A stretch of 64,000 bases of DNA from Bugula neritina (Eukaryota > Animalia > Bryozoa): the NCBI GenBank assembly GCA_964035545.1, contig OZ037770.1, positions 13,134,642 through 13,198,641 on the forward strand. Reading direction: 5' to 3'. The translations under genes and the position numbers were made by a program. The number at the start of each line of letters is the position of its first letter. Positions within the stretch are counted from its first letter, which is position 1. Below are positions 43,515 through 58,400 of this stretch, one piece after another. The notes under the pieces are model-generated. The model worked only from the letters and a program-made list of their open reading frames with translations, was not told where the DNA came from and did no database searches.

Positions 43515-46500
43515 ATGGAAGAATTTCTGAAGAAACAGATTGCTGGTCCACCATTTATCCGGTTTCCTGTGAAGGAATATATAGAGTGCTCAAGTAAGCT
43601 GGTAGCATGGTGTATTAATATATATTTGTGATTATGCTAGATCAGTTAGTAGTACTAGCACTAGTAGAAGTTATTTGTATTAGTATAAGTTAGTACTGGT
43701 ACTAGTATATGTTCATAGTAGTAGTATAAGTTGTTAGTAGTAGTACATGTTGTTAGTATTAGTTTTTAAGTTATTAGTACTAGTGTATGTTAGCAGTAAT
43801 ATATGTTATTAGTATTAGTGTAAGTTGTAAGTATTAGTAAGTATTAGTATTAGTTGTAGTATAAGTTATTAGTATTAGTATAAGTTATTAGTAGTAGTAT
43901 AAGTTATTAGTATCCTGCTATCCATTTTCTCGCCATTTTAATCTGATGTTCAAATATATAAAAGTATCATATTTGTTGTGTTTTAAAACCTCACAATCTC
44001 ATCTTCAGGAAAATTAAAGTCAATATGTTGGAGTTGTCTGCCTTTAGAGTTGATGAAATCAATGTGTTGTAATTGTCTTCTTTTAGAGTTGATAAAGTCT
44101 AATAACCAGGCCTTGCGACTTCTACAAACATGTATGAATAATAACTCTAGTCTCTGGGCGGAAGTTGATATTCTCAGGAAAGCTCTCTACAAAATGAAAT
44201 CAAAATGGCGGTTGGAGCCGGTTTTCCGTGGTACCAAACAGGTGGGGGACATAACTCTGTTCCTCTTTATTTGTACTCTTTCTAACCTTTTTAGTCATTA
44301 ATTGTAGATATTTTTTCAAGTATTTGTAAACAGTTTTCTTATAGTGTATTTTGAACCAGAAAGATATTTACCTACTTATTTACATTCAGTATTTATTAAC
44401 TTACCTGTATACATACTTACCTACTGTTTTACCTACCTACCTGTATACATACTTACTTGTTCTAGTAAGAACTAGTGTGATGGTGTATTGAAATAGTTAT
44501 CATTTTACACTGAAAGGGGAATTAATACTGGTCAATATAGCTATTATTTTGAATATTATTTATCTCGAATAATTAATATTTTTAACATGACAGATCGAAT
44601 ATCGGAGTCTGCCTGAATGCCAAATTAAAAGTTATTAATAGGCCATATTTGTGCAAATTGCATTAATCTAAAAATAGAACTAATTTATTATGACATTTGA
44701 GGTTGTTGAAGCCAAAAGACATTTTCTGTATAGCAAGTAGTGTTTATCATTAACATTAGAAAATATAGTTGTACATTGTCCACAATGGCTGTAATTAAAC
44801 AAGTAAAACGATATTCCCTCTCCCTCCCCTCCACTTTTTACTGTACAAGTTGGTATACTAGAGTTATCCTATCTCTGTCTAGGTGCTGAAATGCATGACT
44901 ACATTACGTTCAGAGAAGCTGTTGGATACAATATCCACGGCATTAAACAGTGTCATAGGTCTAGACGGCAAACTTCTCGTCCCGTCTAGACAGTACCTGG
45001 AATATCTTCTAGTCAAAATCATTGGTAAGTGACCACCATGTTGATTACCTGTACACATGGGTGCTGTTGTTTACCTGTACGCATAATCGCTGTTGTTTAC
45101 CTGTACACATATTTGTTGCTGTTTACACATAATTATTTACTCTACTGGTAATAGGTAAGATAGTTTGAAACGTTATTTAATGTGTGTGTGTAGTTATATT
45201 GTATTTAGATAGATTGTTTAAACTTTTGTCAATCATCACTTTTTCTCGTCGAAAAGCTAATTTCTTGTGGGAAGACAACTTTTAATTTCTAATTATTTAC
45301 TGTAGATTTATATGTGGAGTAAATTGGAGTTGCTGTATTAGATTGTTTTTGTATAACATAATATACTGTATTACACATTATACTGTGTTATGTACTATAC
45401 TGTATACATAATATACTGTAAAACATATACTGTATCATATATGCTATACTGTATCATATACTATACTGTATAACATACTATACTGTATCATATGCTATAC
45501 TGTGTAACATAATATACTGTATCATATGCTATACTGTGTAACATAATATACTGCATCACACACTATACTGTATCATATACTATACTGTATCATATACTAT
45601 ACTGTATAACACACTATACTGTATCACACACTATACTGTATCATATACTACACACTATACTGTAGGTGTAGGTAAGTTAGCCGTACAGACAATAGAATAC
45701 TGTGTGTACGTACACAGCAGACTGATGGGTAAACTAGAGATCGGCCATGTCCTCTCCTCTGTCATATCTTTCTCTGCGTTTGTCAGTCGTGTCTGGTGAG
45801 TTCTACAGTTACCTGCATTAGTTGTGTCAATTTACCTGCGTTATAAGTAACACTTCTTCTCTACTGCTTGGAATGTTTTATTCAAGATATGCTATTGATA
45901 ATTTTTTGCTATTTTTGTCAAGTCAATTTGATTGTTGAAGCAAAAACTTGACTTGTCAGAATGTATAATTTTATAAAAATTCGAATTTCCATTACTTGAA
46001 CAGTTTAGGTTTATTAATAAAACAGTGCTTTCTTCGTATCTCACTAAGCATGACATGGTAGATAACCAGGTTTAACTCGCGGATCCATTAAATTCAGCCA
46101 TTTGTCCCTATATACACATATATAAACCACACAACGGGGGTCCAATTGAATTTTGTGAGATATGGAGGGAGCACTGTATACTTTTTCATTTTCACCCGAA
46201 AATGCTTAGTTGTAATTCAGCCTTGTTCAGCTCTATTGATTTGTTTGGTTCACGAGAAAGCAACTCCCACTCGAATAGATCTGTATGAGTAGTGTACTGT
46301 ACACTGTAGGGTTCTCTCACACACTCTACTGGTACAACTTGACACGTGCTACCAGTGCATCTACTCTCTTCATCTATTGGCTACGTCTGCTGACTACATA
46401 TGGCTCCCAGAATTCCTCCAGCTTCCTCCCAAGTTCCCTGTTGATGTGGAGAAAATCGTGCTGCAAAGGTATAGCTTTGATTTTTGTCTGTCTGTGTGTT

Positions 46501-49500
46501 TCACTGCCTGTATGTTCATTTGTACTCGCAACAATTGTCGATGAGAACATTTTGTGAAGGAGTATTATTATTCGTAGTTGGGTCTAACTGAGTAGCCTGA
46601 AAATTAGAATCAGTGGCAGTCGGAAGTATGCGATATTTTCCATTGATGTATGTAATTTAAAGCATGAGGGAGCTCCCTAATGCTTTAAATAGTATGCACA
46701 GTGGTTAGGGCACTGGCTTAGTAAACACAATGTCAGTGGTTCGAATCCCAGTAAAGGCCATTGGTGATGTTAGGAAGGGAATTCAGTCATAATTGCTTCT
46801 TTGCCAGAATAAAAAATAAGTCCTTAGCTTGCTTAGTAAAACCCTTTCCATCAGAGGTTTACACAGTATAAACCCATATGAGTTTTTGTAGGTAATTTGA
46901 AGCAGTGCATAAACCAACACTTGCTGTTATTTATTTCACAGCAAATTAAAATTTTGTTTAAATGGTATTTTCTTGTTTTGGTGTCCCAGGGCAGTTATAA
47001 AGCTGAGGAGAAGATAAGCTATCAACTGCGGTCAACCTTCTGGTTATTTTGAATTTGAAAAATGCTTGTATCATGAATCATGAGGATGATTCTGTGTATA
47101 AACTCAGCCAGTCACTGTAGAAATATCTATTAGTTGAAAATAATTCCTAATAATTAGTCATTACTGCACATTCCAGGTTTGCTATTAACCTTTTTATCAA
47201 CTCCCGAGTTTGAAGCATAACAGGAAAGCACCCGCTTTGAAGAAAATCTTTATTTCGATTTCGCTAATGATGATATTCCCATTTACTAGGTGCTAAAATT
47301 TCTTTATTCCAAAACTTGAAGTACAATTAAATATTGTGTTTTGAATTAAAGCAACAGCTATGCATAGACATCTGAACATAGACATAAATATTTAGATGGG
47401 TGTTTGAGTTTTATTATTTTAATTTCGAAAGATGTAGCGCAACAGCTGAAGTGATTTAGAATTGGTCAAAAGTTCAACTAAACTCACTAAAACCATAAAC
47501 AAAAATATTTGTGAATTTTTTAACAAATTTATTTTAGGCGGCTATATGTTAGTTAGCATTTAGGTAGTAGTAAAAAAAATTTGATGACCTAAATTTCTTT
47601 AATTGTCTTATTAAATTGTGGTTGAAATTCTCATGAGAACATAACTTCTTTTGCTACATTTCTCATCTAGAACACAGGCTTTTCTCAATTTCTCCAGTAC
47701 CTGAAAGTTAGATACTTGCTTCTCTGTATTTTTAGTGTATTTTTAAATTTTGTACTGTGTAAAAAGCTGCATTGTGTATTAATACAAAGGGCTATTTTAA
47801 TCCACAAGTTTTGTGAAAAGATGGAGAACAGAATATAGGAAGTTTTCACTTAGGGAGGGGTATTCCAACATATCCTGTTGATATTTTAAACTTTTGATCA
47901 AAGTTTTAACTGGTTCTACTCTGTAGTTCTCATCGGGAAGATAATTCTCAAATATCTATGACATCACAAACACAGGAAGTGGCTGACCTCATGTCTACAG
48001 TTGAAGAAGATGTGGGGGTGGTGATTTCCCGCAGCTCTTTCAAAGGTAAATTATGCATAACTCAGTCTCACCTGTTAGCATTATTTCTCTCAACTATTAG
48101 CCCAAACAATCGCTCTATCAACCATGACTCGTATTGTTTGAGTTTAAAGCTCTGGAAACTATTTTAATTTGTCTTTCTGTTAACTGCATATAGAATTATA
48201 TAATCTAAGCCATGTTTTCCACGTGTTGAGTGGCTGGTGTGGGACACGTTGAAACTTTGCATTTTTTGTATATTTCAATAGCTTAAGATTTGCCTAATCT
48301 GTCTAGGTTGAAGATATGTGCACTGTGACAATGGATTCTATGGTATAGGAACGCAAATTGCCTCTTGAATATCTTAAGACAATATAATATTTGCATATAA
48401 TACATTATTCTGTATGGTAGACACTATTGTTACTATGGACATAACTTTAGACCTGGTAGTCAAGGTTTACTTACTAGTTATTATAAATATGTATAAGTTA
48501 AAAGATTCAACCCGCTTCTCACATCTACACTCTCTTACATGCTACAGGTTTATGTCCATTTTAATTTTTTAGTTCAGTGAAATATAGTTTAGCTGGCTAG
48601 ACAGGCCAGTGTCAGTTTTTTATGATTTTTATGTTCTTTTTTGCTAAAGAATGGATTCAAGTAGCAATAATAGAAAACAACACTAATAACATTTGGAGTA
48701 AAATAATATATTGGAAAATCGCATTTAAATGGTTGTGGTATTTGGTAATTAAAAACTGAGCAACTAACCGATATAAGATTAAACACTCACAGTGCAACTA
48801 CCAGCAGAATGAGTACAAGCTGGTGTGTTTGCCAGATGCAAGAAAAGTCTTGCCCCATCTTGACATTTAACACTTTTTACCAGAATTGCGTAGTTATTTG
48901 ATAGCTCTGTTTACTCATTTGGCATCTTTGAGTTGATATAAGTATTTCTTTCACACTTCAGTGAATCTTCCAGTGCCATGTTCTTGTGTCACTCCTTTCC
49001 ACCACATCTTCGAGATCTTATATTTCGCTATTGGCACAGTCTGTCTGTGCGTAAGTGGTGGTCACATGACCTACACCCTGAAGTTATTGAATTCTCTGCT
49101 ACAGAAGTTTTCTTCTGCAAGTTCTGTTGCCAAGTTCCTTTACAGCTGATTTTTAAGAAGCAACGTCTTGTCCCCAAATTCATGTATTTGCGTAAGAAAT
49201 CTTAGGGTTAACTATTATGCCAAGATAGTTACAGAGTATTTAGCCCTGATATATCTCATTCTCCTTTATTCTACTACTACACAGAAATTGTATTCAATTT
49301 GTTCGGCCATCTTCTTTGATCTTTTGGAATATTAATCTGGTCTGGTGACAGCTATTTCATTTTGCTGTAATATAGTTAAATATAGTTTTTAATTTTATCC
49401 ATATAAAACATCACCTAGACATGGTCTACATTACTATGTAATTTGTTAATATGTTTGTCATATATTTTGAAGAATGTTACTGTGACATTTATCTAAATTT

Positions 49501-52500
49501 AATTGAATTTGAGTATTTATTGACTAATTCCATATATTGATTTGTCTTTTTTAAAAAGCCATTAAACAAATTTTTAGATGACCTGAAAGAATAAATCAGC
49601 GATAAAATAAATGTAAGATATTGCAAGCAATACACTTGAAGTTTAATCAACTACAAAGCAAAATTGTAAATAACGCCGGACTTATACTACATAAAACAAC
49701 TAAATGGACATGTGGGGCCTTGTAAACATGTTCACGGAAGTCTAAATTGATGTTTTGGCTAATTTTGTAACAGAAATGTGTGCACATGCTCCCCTTTGCT
49801 ATGCATCATGTATCGGAATTTTATTGCGTGCCAAATGAAATATTTTTTGGAAATCTAGTCGGGCCACATTGCATGTTCTTTTATAAATATAAATATAAAC
49901 AATAATGACATCAAGCGTGGCTATTAGCGCACGAGGAATTCCATGAATTTGCGGTGGAAGTCGGATGTTGGACCGTGTTTAGCAGGCAGTTTGCATAAGT
50001 ATTTAGGGTCATGGAGAATATATTTGAATAATTTACAGCTCAAAAACGTGCAGACCAATGTTCATAGGGAAAATAGAAAACTACGAAAACATTTGTGAAT
50101 TATCATGTCCTGAATATTTTGCTTTTTGTGTGTTGGTAGCATGATAATAACTTTAGATTACAGCTAAACTTAAATCAGTAAAGGATGTACTCTGAGTTTT
50201 AAATCCTTTGATTTAGCAAGCTGTCTAGTCCCAATCATTCCGCTGTTTTATGTCTGTTATGACTCATTTCCTGCTTTTTATTAGCTATTGATCTTTTAAA
50301 ATTACACCAATCCTAATGTGCTGCATTTCCTGTTTCAACTACGGTAAATAAGAATGTGCAAATGCAGATAGTTGTGGTGCTGTTGGCAAAACAATCGTCT
50401 CGGTTTGAAAGAGAAAGTGACTGGTTTATACTTACTGTAACAGAGTAAGTATATTTGTAACAATGTGGTGGCAGCAGTAAACTTGCTTGAGTTTGATGGC
50501 AGCATCTTTCAGCTCATCAAAGTCTGTTCTATTTTAACTTCATTAAAAATCAAAAATCGTAATAAGAAGTAGTGAAAATATGGGGTGTCGCCCAAAAGGA
50601 GGTAATGGTGGGGCCCATTTATTCGCCAATAGCAAGGCTAGTTGAGGTGCAGATGTTGTGATGAGTGAAGCACTTTAGTTACAGATGAGTAATTTACCAC
50701 TTCCCTGAGGTCCTTGGGTTCTGTGTGTTCCAGCAGATGAGTCATTGGAATGTGGCTACGTTATACTTTGGTATACGTGATTAAGTATATCTGGCATTTG
50801 TTGTGTTACTATCACTTTGGGTGAACTCAGAAATCAAGTTCTCTAGTCAAGTACTCTGTTCAAGTACTTTAGTCAAGAACCCTGGTCAAGTACTCTGCTC
50901 AAATTAAAGTTTCTTGGGGTAAAATAGTTCACAGAACTGGTCAAGATGATGGTAATTCAGTCTTATTGCAAATTTTGTAACTCCAAAGAGCAGCTTGCTC
51001 TGTGATTGGATAACTCATGTTACCAGTTTAGCCATATCATTACATTTATATTTCTACCTGGCTCTTTTATATAACCTTCTGCTTTCAAGCGAGGTAGGTG
51101 CAGTAATGGAGAAATTGAAAAAAAGCAATTGTTATATATTGGAAATTTAGCATAAAATGTCATGCTCTCGCCAGAATATCAACCTGCACCCCAAACCAAG
51201 ATTTAGTAAAAAAGATTTAATCTCAATTTCTTCACTACCACTCCTAAGTGTTTCAAGCAAAATTAAGCAAGGCAGGGCAACTGTTACCCTCGCCCACCCC
51301 ATTCAAGGTGTTGTAAGAAAGATCTGTCGGTTCTCCAACTCTGTACTCTGAAGTCTCTCAGGTTTAAAGGAATTCCTGCAGAGTCAGAAGTTTAATGTTT
51401 GTTTTGGTTAATTGGAGCTTGAGAATCTTACTGTCAGTATAAATCACTTTCAGTGGGTGTTAGGATATACAAAGTGTTATAATAGTATAACATTAAGGCT
51501 ATAAGGACTCTAATATTAATAAATGGACCTCATTATGGACTCATTTTGGAAATTTGAAAATTAAGTTATGGTGTTTTTGTGGATTGAAAAACGAAAACAC
51601 ACATAATTGTCGTCTGTTGGTTACCTCAATCTTGAGCACCGCCACATTAAAATAGAGGAAACAGCGTTTGATCTCTTTGCTAATCTTTCACTGGTCTTCC
51701 TCTAACATATTGTGTTCCCATGGGAAGTAAGAATGGACAGACCATTTGTGAAGAATGACTGGTTTACCGTTTTCCATTAAGAGTTGTAGGAACTCTAAGC
51801 ATCGAAACATCAGCTCTGAATGCAGTTGAGTAAGGGGAGGGTATGAGCCTCCCCCCCCCACTCAGGTTTTATGACCAAATGGTCCTCTGCTATTCTGTCT
51901 GCAGTCTATCTAATGATAAGTTTTTCAGATTTGTTTGTCTTTATGACTGAATTGCTTTTCAGCAGTTTTCTAACAACTTACTATAATTTCTTATTTAGAT
52001 TCTTTTTCCTCTCTAATCTAGTAGATACTGCTTTCTATGTAATAATTATTATTTTTAAAAAAATGTATATATATATATTATATTGTTTATGGTATATAAA
52101 TTGTGTTGGTGTATTTCATTGTTTGTTGTATTGCATCTGTTACATGCAAAACCTGTTATTATGAAAATGTAAATTGGATGTTTTATTTCTAAAATAAACC
52201 AACGAAATTCATTTCTTTTGTTTTCTGATCTACTCATGCTACTTCTGGGTGAATAAGACAATGTAGCGCTTATTTGTCTATGCTAATCTTACTATATCTA
52301 TATCAGATGGTATTAATATGAGACTGTTTCAGCTAACCTCTCTCTGTGTGTTTCTCCCCACCAGGTGTAGACACGGTAGTAGATAGTAGCCAGACGTCTG
52401 GTGTCCCACGTAGTACTCAGTTCCAGTCATCCAGTGGATCTACACCAGATCAGTCACATGCAGTTGCAGGTGTGTGACTTTTGCTTTTAATTTATTCTAA

Positions 52501-55126
52501 TATTGGCTTTAATTATTTTAAAATCTTTAGTAAAGGTTTAAATAATGTTGCTATGACCCGAATTTATACGATATCTGATGAAAGAGTTGTTTATATTTAC
52601 CCCAAAGGATCGAGATTTCTCTGGTACAGTCAGCACATGAAAAATCATTTGGTTGCAACACAAAAACCCTAAAAGAAGTATTTTTACAACCAACTGATTG
52701 CTTTTTAGGTTAGAATTTAATGCATGATATATGTAAGGTATAAATCCATCACTGTGTTGATAGTAATCTAAGTTTACTTGCTGGATTAACTCATCTTTGA
52801 GTTGTATTTAACAGCTATGCTGACTTTGTTTAGACCCAGTTGTTCTCAAGAAAAAGAGGAAAAAGACAAAGACACTTGACGAAATCATCTACAGTTCGAA
52901 CTTGGCAGGTAAGAATATTATACCTCAGGCGCAGGTTCTCCTAGACTTGAGAGACACTCTAGTCTTTCCAACCTAGTTTGAAAATTTAGCCCCCTGAAAT
53001 ATTACAGGTTTTTCTGCTGCCCAGTGCTTGTTGATGTCAGCAGTTATGGTGTTTTATATGGTAGAAAGGCAGAGTGTGTAGAAAAGGGATTCATCATCCT
53101 ATTCAATGATAGCAGGTGTGGGAGCAACTTTTGTATTTGATAGACATTTTAGCTCCACCATGAAGTTTAGTGATGGGGTGATTAGTGCCCATTTATTATA
53201 TTTTCTAACTGTTTTTAGGTTGTCCCTAGAACATTAAGATTTAATGGCTAATAATATTATTTTAAGAGGTGATTATATACTTAAATATTAGTCGCTGTTT
53301 ATGCTAATTAGTAACACCGATATTTTGAAATATGATTCCTGGATTGACTGGTTTTAACCTGTGATTAATAGAATATTTATGACTCCAAGTTTGAGATTCT
53401 TGACCTACAGATAAAAAAATCACGCAAGTTTACAGTCACTATCCCTGTGAGAAACCCTGATAGAAAGGGTTTTTGTTAAAGCGGTCTAAGGACTTATTCA
53501 GATGTGGCACAGGAGTAATTATGACTGGATGCTCTTCCTAACATCACCAATGGCCTTTGCTGGGGTTCGAACCCATGACTTTGTGTTTACTAAGCCAACA
53601 CTCTAACCCCTAAACCACGTCTGCTCCCTGCAGAAGCATGTACCACCATATATGATACACAGCTTTATGGGTCACCCGAACACTGATTTATGAATTAGTG
53701 ATGGTTGACAACAAATTTGCTTCATGTTGGCAAAATCTTATCACAATATTAGAACTTGAAATACTTCAAAGATAGTATCGGCCATTATGATAAGTTATTA
53801 ATAGTTATGCTCTTACCTAATGGCACTATTTTCAGTTGTGATAAAATAACTACTTCAAAATATAATATATTTTATCCAGCACTGCTATTCTGAATTCCAA
53901 TACCTGGTTATTCTGGTTTTATAAGCACCTAAGTCTAGTCTAGAAAACACAGCCATATTTATAAACATTTAGATCTAAGCCTAAAAAACATAACCATCTT
54001 TATAAATACCCAGATCTAAGTCTAGCCATCCTTTTAACCTTCTCTTAGCAAGCTAATGTCAGTTCTCGAAGTCTGTCGTTCTTTCAACTTTTCAAAAGAG
54101 GGCAATCAGTATGTGAAGCTGTGCTTCCTTGTAAACGTATTTAGTTTGCTTCTGCTCAACGCAAAAGTTTTGGCATATTTCCTGTGTGTGGGACACGAGC
54201 TGAGACGAAAGCAACTGTCACTACCAACTGGAAGATTGTAAAGTTTGACGAATGTCTTGGCTTTTAGTGCCAACTGAATTTACGAGATTTAATAAGACAA
54301 GAAGTTTATTGGTGTTGGTAAATTTTTCGTTGGCATGCCTCTGGGGGTATTATAGCACTGGACAAAAATCTTTCAAGTGGGGTATAGCATCATCTTAGAT
54401 AGTATAACTAATACATTATCTGCAGCCAAGGTTTGCTCAAAGTTATAGAAAACATTCCACCAATATGGTATTGGTCCTTGGATTTTGATCGTGGAACTTA
54501 TGAGCTATATTTATTATACTGCTAGTAGTTTCAACGTCTCTCACACAGTATTGTTAGTTTATGTTTCTAGTCTCTGTCTAGCTTTTTAATTACATCCAAA
54601 ACACGAAATAAATACCTCAACTTTCATTCCGTAGTGACATAAACTTTTCCAACTAGTGTTTTATTTAATTGACATGAAATGAAATAAAACTACTTGACAT
54701 TATCTTCATGTACCCATAAGAAGTTATTATCCCATAGATATAGGTAAAGTGGTAAAGAAAAAGAAGGGTAAACCCAAAGAAGATAGTTCTATGAAAGTTA
54801 GCAAGGTTCCTATGAAAGTTAGCAAGAAGGGCTCAAAATTGGGTTCGTTTTCAAAGTATTTCTCAGTTGTGCTATTTATTAAAATTTAAGGCTTATTATT
54901 ACATTTTGTTGGCAAATAATACGTTAGCTTCTGTAATTTTATTTTTTACTCTGACCGTCATATTTTTAATTTCGGTACTGGTGCTATTTCTTCAATTAAG
55001 TCAAAAGCAAGAAATTAGCTAGTCATAATTAAATTATTAAATTGTGGAATGCCTTGAGTCAAATTCAGTCTAGAATCAAGCCAATGCTATTTTTTAGGTA
55101 AATTGAAAAAAGTGAAGAAAACATAG
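43515..55126 (+). CDS. NEPRO: NEPRO / DUF4477 (nucleolar RNase MRP-associated protein) orthologue, 10 coding exons, ~365 aa
   Basis: Exons 43515-43593, 44087-44241, 44883-45024, 45666-45795, 46310-46468, 47927-48045, 52365-52469, 52834-52908, 54738-54842, 55098-55126 (1098 nt, in phase). Motifs AEVDILRKALYK..., KQV.KC, VPSRQYLEYLLVKIIG, VSRVWVL, EDVGVVISR and a Lys-rich tail. The last four exons are less certain. Confidence 0.8.
43640..43912. repeat. Degenerate TAG/TAGTAT low-complexity tandem repeat, intronic
   Basis: Repeated tagtataagttattagta units. Confidence 0.8.
45345..45665 (+). repeat. 20-bp minisatellite (CTATACTGTATCATATA-like, ~15 copies) running into the NEPRO exon 4 acceptor
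   Basis: Direct reading; the last unit ctatactgTAG supplies the 3' splice site at 45665. Confidence 0.9.
46692..46880 (+). mobile_element. tRNA-derived SINE copy
   Basis: Near-identical 5' end to the 37730 copy; B box ggttcgaatccc; body ggccattggtgatgttaggaagggaattcagtcataatt. Confidence 0.85.
47625..47698 (-). mobile_element. MITE family A partial copy
   Basis: gagaacataacttcttttgctacatttctcatctagaacacaggcttttctcaatttctcca. Confidence 0.7.
51096..51244 (+). mobile_element. MITE family A copy
   Basis: aggtgcagtaatggagaaattga ... ccccaaaccaa ... tctcaatttcttcactac. Confidence 0.7.
53430..53630 (-). mobile_element. tRNA-derived SINE, most complete copy
   Basis: Reverse strand: A box tggtttaggggttag, B box ggttcgaacccc, body ggccattggtgatgttaggaagagcatccagtcataatt, tail cagggtttctcacaggg. 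Confidence 0.85.
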
Positions 55127-55449
55127 ATGACTTCCCCAGCTTCCTATGCTCTAGTGGTGAATTGACTTGGAGGTATTTGCAAGAAAAACAGCTAAAATAT
55201 TCCAAAGTCTCTCAGAAATATTATGCATTCATAATATGGTGCTACAGTATTTTTGAATAGAATATTGAGAAAGACATTATGAACAGTCTGTTATATACAT
55301 TTTAACTACTTCACTCCCTCACTTGACAATTTTATTAAACTGTGACAAGGCAAACGGACATGTTGTATAAGAGAGGTGTATCTTACACACCGATCAGTTG
55401 TTGTACTTCTTGTTGCATATCTTTTAATGAATGCATTAAAGCAGTAAGC

Positions 55450-58400
55450 CTTCTGTTACCTAATTTGTTCACCCACATCTGTAGTTTCAAAATATAATTT
55501 CCTACTTGTGTGATTATTCATGTGTTGCAGCATTCTTTGAAATTTTATGTTTGGGTGGCTAATGGTTCTGCATCGCCAATAATATTTTTTTCCGTTCTAG
55601 AACATTAATTTTACATATTTTACCCGTTTTATTGGTAAACAAATATAAGTTTATTGACAAACTCATCATTTTTGTCTTTCGTGGAGTAAATCTAATTTTG
55701 AAGATGACCTTCTGATTATAGTAAAAGTTTGACTCAACTGTCTCTAGCCGTTGCAGATGGAACTTTTAGGAAAACAAATATTTAGATAATAGTCTAATTC
55801 GTGTTGATATAATAAATTTATCATTTGCAAAAACTCAATATTTAGTTTTACTTGGTCGTAAGGTTGTCTTTGCTTTGCTGTCCGATCATTTGCAGTATAG
55901 ATGCTGTGGAAATGAGAAAAGTAAATTTCCTTTTAGGCTACTTGGGTATAAGGTTTTAAGTTCTTCAATAAAATGTTCAATCTTTTGCACAAGTATACAA
56001 TTGAGTTTGCTTTATTTACCTCCCAAGAGTACAATAGTGAATTGCTTTTGAATGCAGAGATTCGAACAGAGTTCGCAAATTTTTTGCAGATGTAAATTTT
56101 CAACTTTCACCAAAAGCAGAACAATTGTATTCATAGTCTATAATTTCTTTAGGATATAAATTACACCAATTTCATGTGATAAGTAAATTTTAAGTGGTTT
56201 CAGCACTTGAAATTGTTGGCATTTTCTTATTTAAAACATCTTCAGTTTTTTGCTATGATTACTCCATCCGTCACTATGTTCCTACATCACTCGGCCATTG
56301 GCAACTTCAAAACTGGTTATGATGGTGCAGTTGGCAGGGTTTTTCATCACCAATTCACTTCTCTTTGGACACCAAAGTCCAAAATCTGGTCTTGCTTATA
56401 AATTAATTTTCAAGGCAATGGACTAATAGCTAAGTATATGCTGATCAATTAAGTCTCAATTCTTTCTAGTATGCTAATCTCAATCCTATAAGTCCACATC
56501 AATGTTTCCTGACTCGTTGCCCTTGACCTAATCTGTTGGTAATCTCTGGTGTTTACGATTCAATATCTGTTGAAATTACAAGGTTTATGTTAGATGTTGC
56601 AACTCGGAGTCATAAACTCTTAATATCACAGCTTTACCTTGCAAAATATCGATGATTAGGTCTGATTAGGATGTAAATATTTTTTGGAATGCATGGATTA
56701 GCAACACCTAACTGACTTTGCCCACGATTAATCCAATGTATTTTTTCCTATTTTCTTTCAGCTACATAAGCCTAAGCCTACTATTTTTAGAGTTATGGTG
56801 TGGTTTAAATGAATTAACCTGGTTCATTCCCCCCCCCCCCCAAGTGCTATTAATTGCAAATGATGTTTTATTTAAAAATTTAGATTATTTGCTTGTAATT
56901 ATAGTAGACATTGTTCAAAGCTTTATTTAAAAGCAGTAAACTGTTTGCTATTAGTATATATTGTACTGTTGAGTGCTTAAATGATGAAGAAAAGCTAAGC
57001 TAGTAGACGCAGTGCTTATTGCTGTGAGACATTTGGCCCTTAATTTCATGGTTAAAAAACGTTTAGTTCCTGTAAGCTATTGAGCAAGCCAATTTCTAGG
57101 CAGTGTAGCTTCTCTTTGGATGTTCGAAGAGACTGAGACGTGTGTACTCTAAAAATGTCTACTCTTTCATCTGATTGTCATCATCGTAGAAGTATTTCAA
57201 ATATTTTGGGTGGATAAAGTGGTTCGGTTTGAAAATGGGTGCTTCGGAATTTCTCACTTTAAGATAAGTGTTAAAACAAACTTCTTTTTAAAAATTACTC
57301 TGTTCTGGTCAATTTGTTTTTTAGTGCAAATGTTTGTGCCTGAAGTTAGCGTCTGTGTATAATGTCTGTTCTAAATATAAAAACTTTCACCCCTCGACTA
57401 CAAAATGGCTATTAAGCTCGTTTTTTATTGGCAGCTTTTTGTAAAAAATTTCTATTGTTAACCTACGCAAGTCCCGGCTTAAGTGAATCTTAGCTTTCGT
57501 CTGTATATTTTAATCTTTACGTTAGCTTCACTCACTTGAAGGTATATCTGTAATTTCAAGTGTTATGGCATGCTTTTTGGATGTAATCTAGAAATGCAGA
57601 TATTGTGATAAAAATGAAGTTATTTATAATGTTGTGATTTTATTTTATGCTCGGGTGTTCTTGTTTTGCTATTCTTAACTAGTAACCAATTTGCCAAAAA
57701 AACCTGAGCTTAAAATTCCAAGTCTCCCAACAATGTCTACTTGGAATTATTGAGCAGTGGTTTGTGTTTCATCTAAGTTATGACTTGCTAAGGTTGAAGT
57801 CGCTGTTAGCTAGTAGTAAAGTTGTGTTTGAGAGGTCAAGGTTACAGCCACGTGCCATTTTTAGTGTCTAACTCAAAAACTGGAGCTTTTCATGAAAATT
57901 GTTGCACAGGTGGTTAAACATTTTAGCCTCCATCTTTAAAGTACTCGAGTGTGGGCTAGATGATAAACATCAGCTATTTACAAGCTTTTTATAAATAGTT
58001 AATAATAGTAATCGTGTGATTTCTGAACTGGAAAAGTAACCTACTAGCAGTTGGGATTGCTTTTCCCTGCGCAGTAAAATGGAAAAATTAGAGTTTAAAT
58101 GAAATCAAAAATCGTTATGCTTATATAAGGTGCATTTTTCAACAAGGCATGAAACTCTATCATAAAATCATTTTCTAGTGCTGAATTTTTAAAATTATCA
58201 TTGGTACCGAAACTCAATGCAAAAGCTTTTTATGTGTCCAATTTTCTTTTTTGCTCGATACTTTCTACTGTTCACTTAATGATATCTCTACCAGGATTGA
58301 AAAGTAAATCAGAGAAATGCCAGTCAAAATATGATATATCTGCAAAATATGTCCTTACTTCTACAATATATTTTGTATTTTTTAAAAAGGGATTTCTCAA

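Noticed and set aside
48790-50100. Possible transposase remnants in NEPRO intron 6
   Set aside because: Only short ambiguous peptide-like stretches with many stops; no TIRs or catalytic motif could be supported.
50580-50645. GVAQKEVMVGPILF resembling the LINE RT motif GVPQGSVLGPILF
   Set aside because: Spacing is wrong and no downstream YADD-type motif; probably chance.
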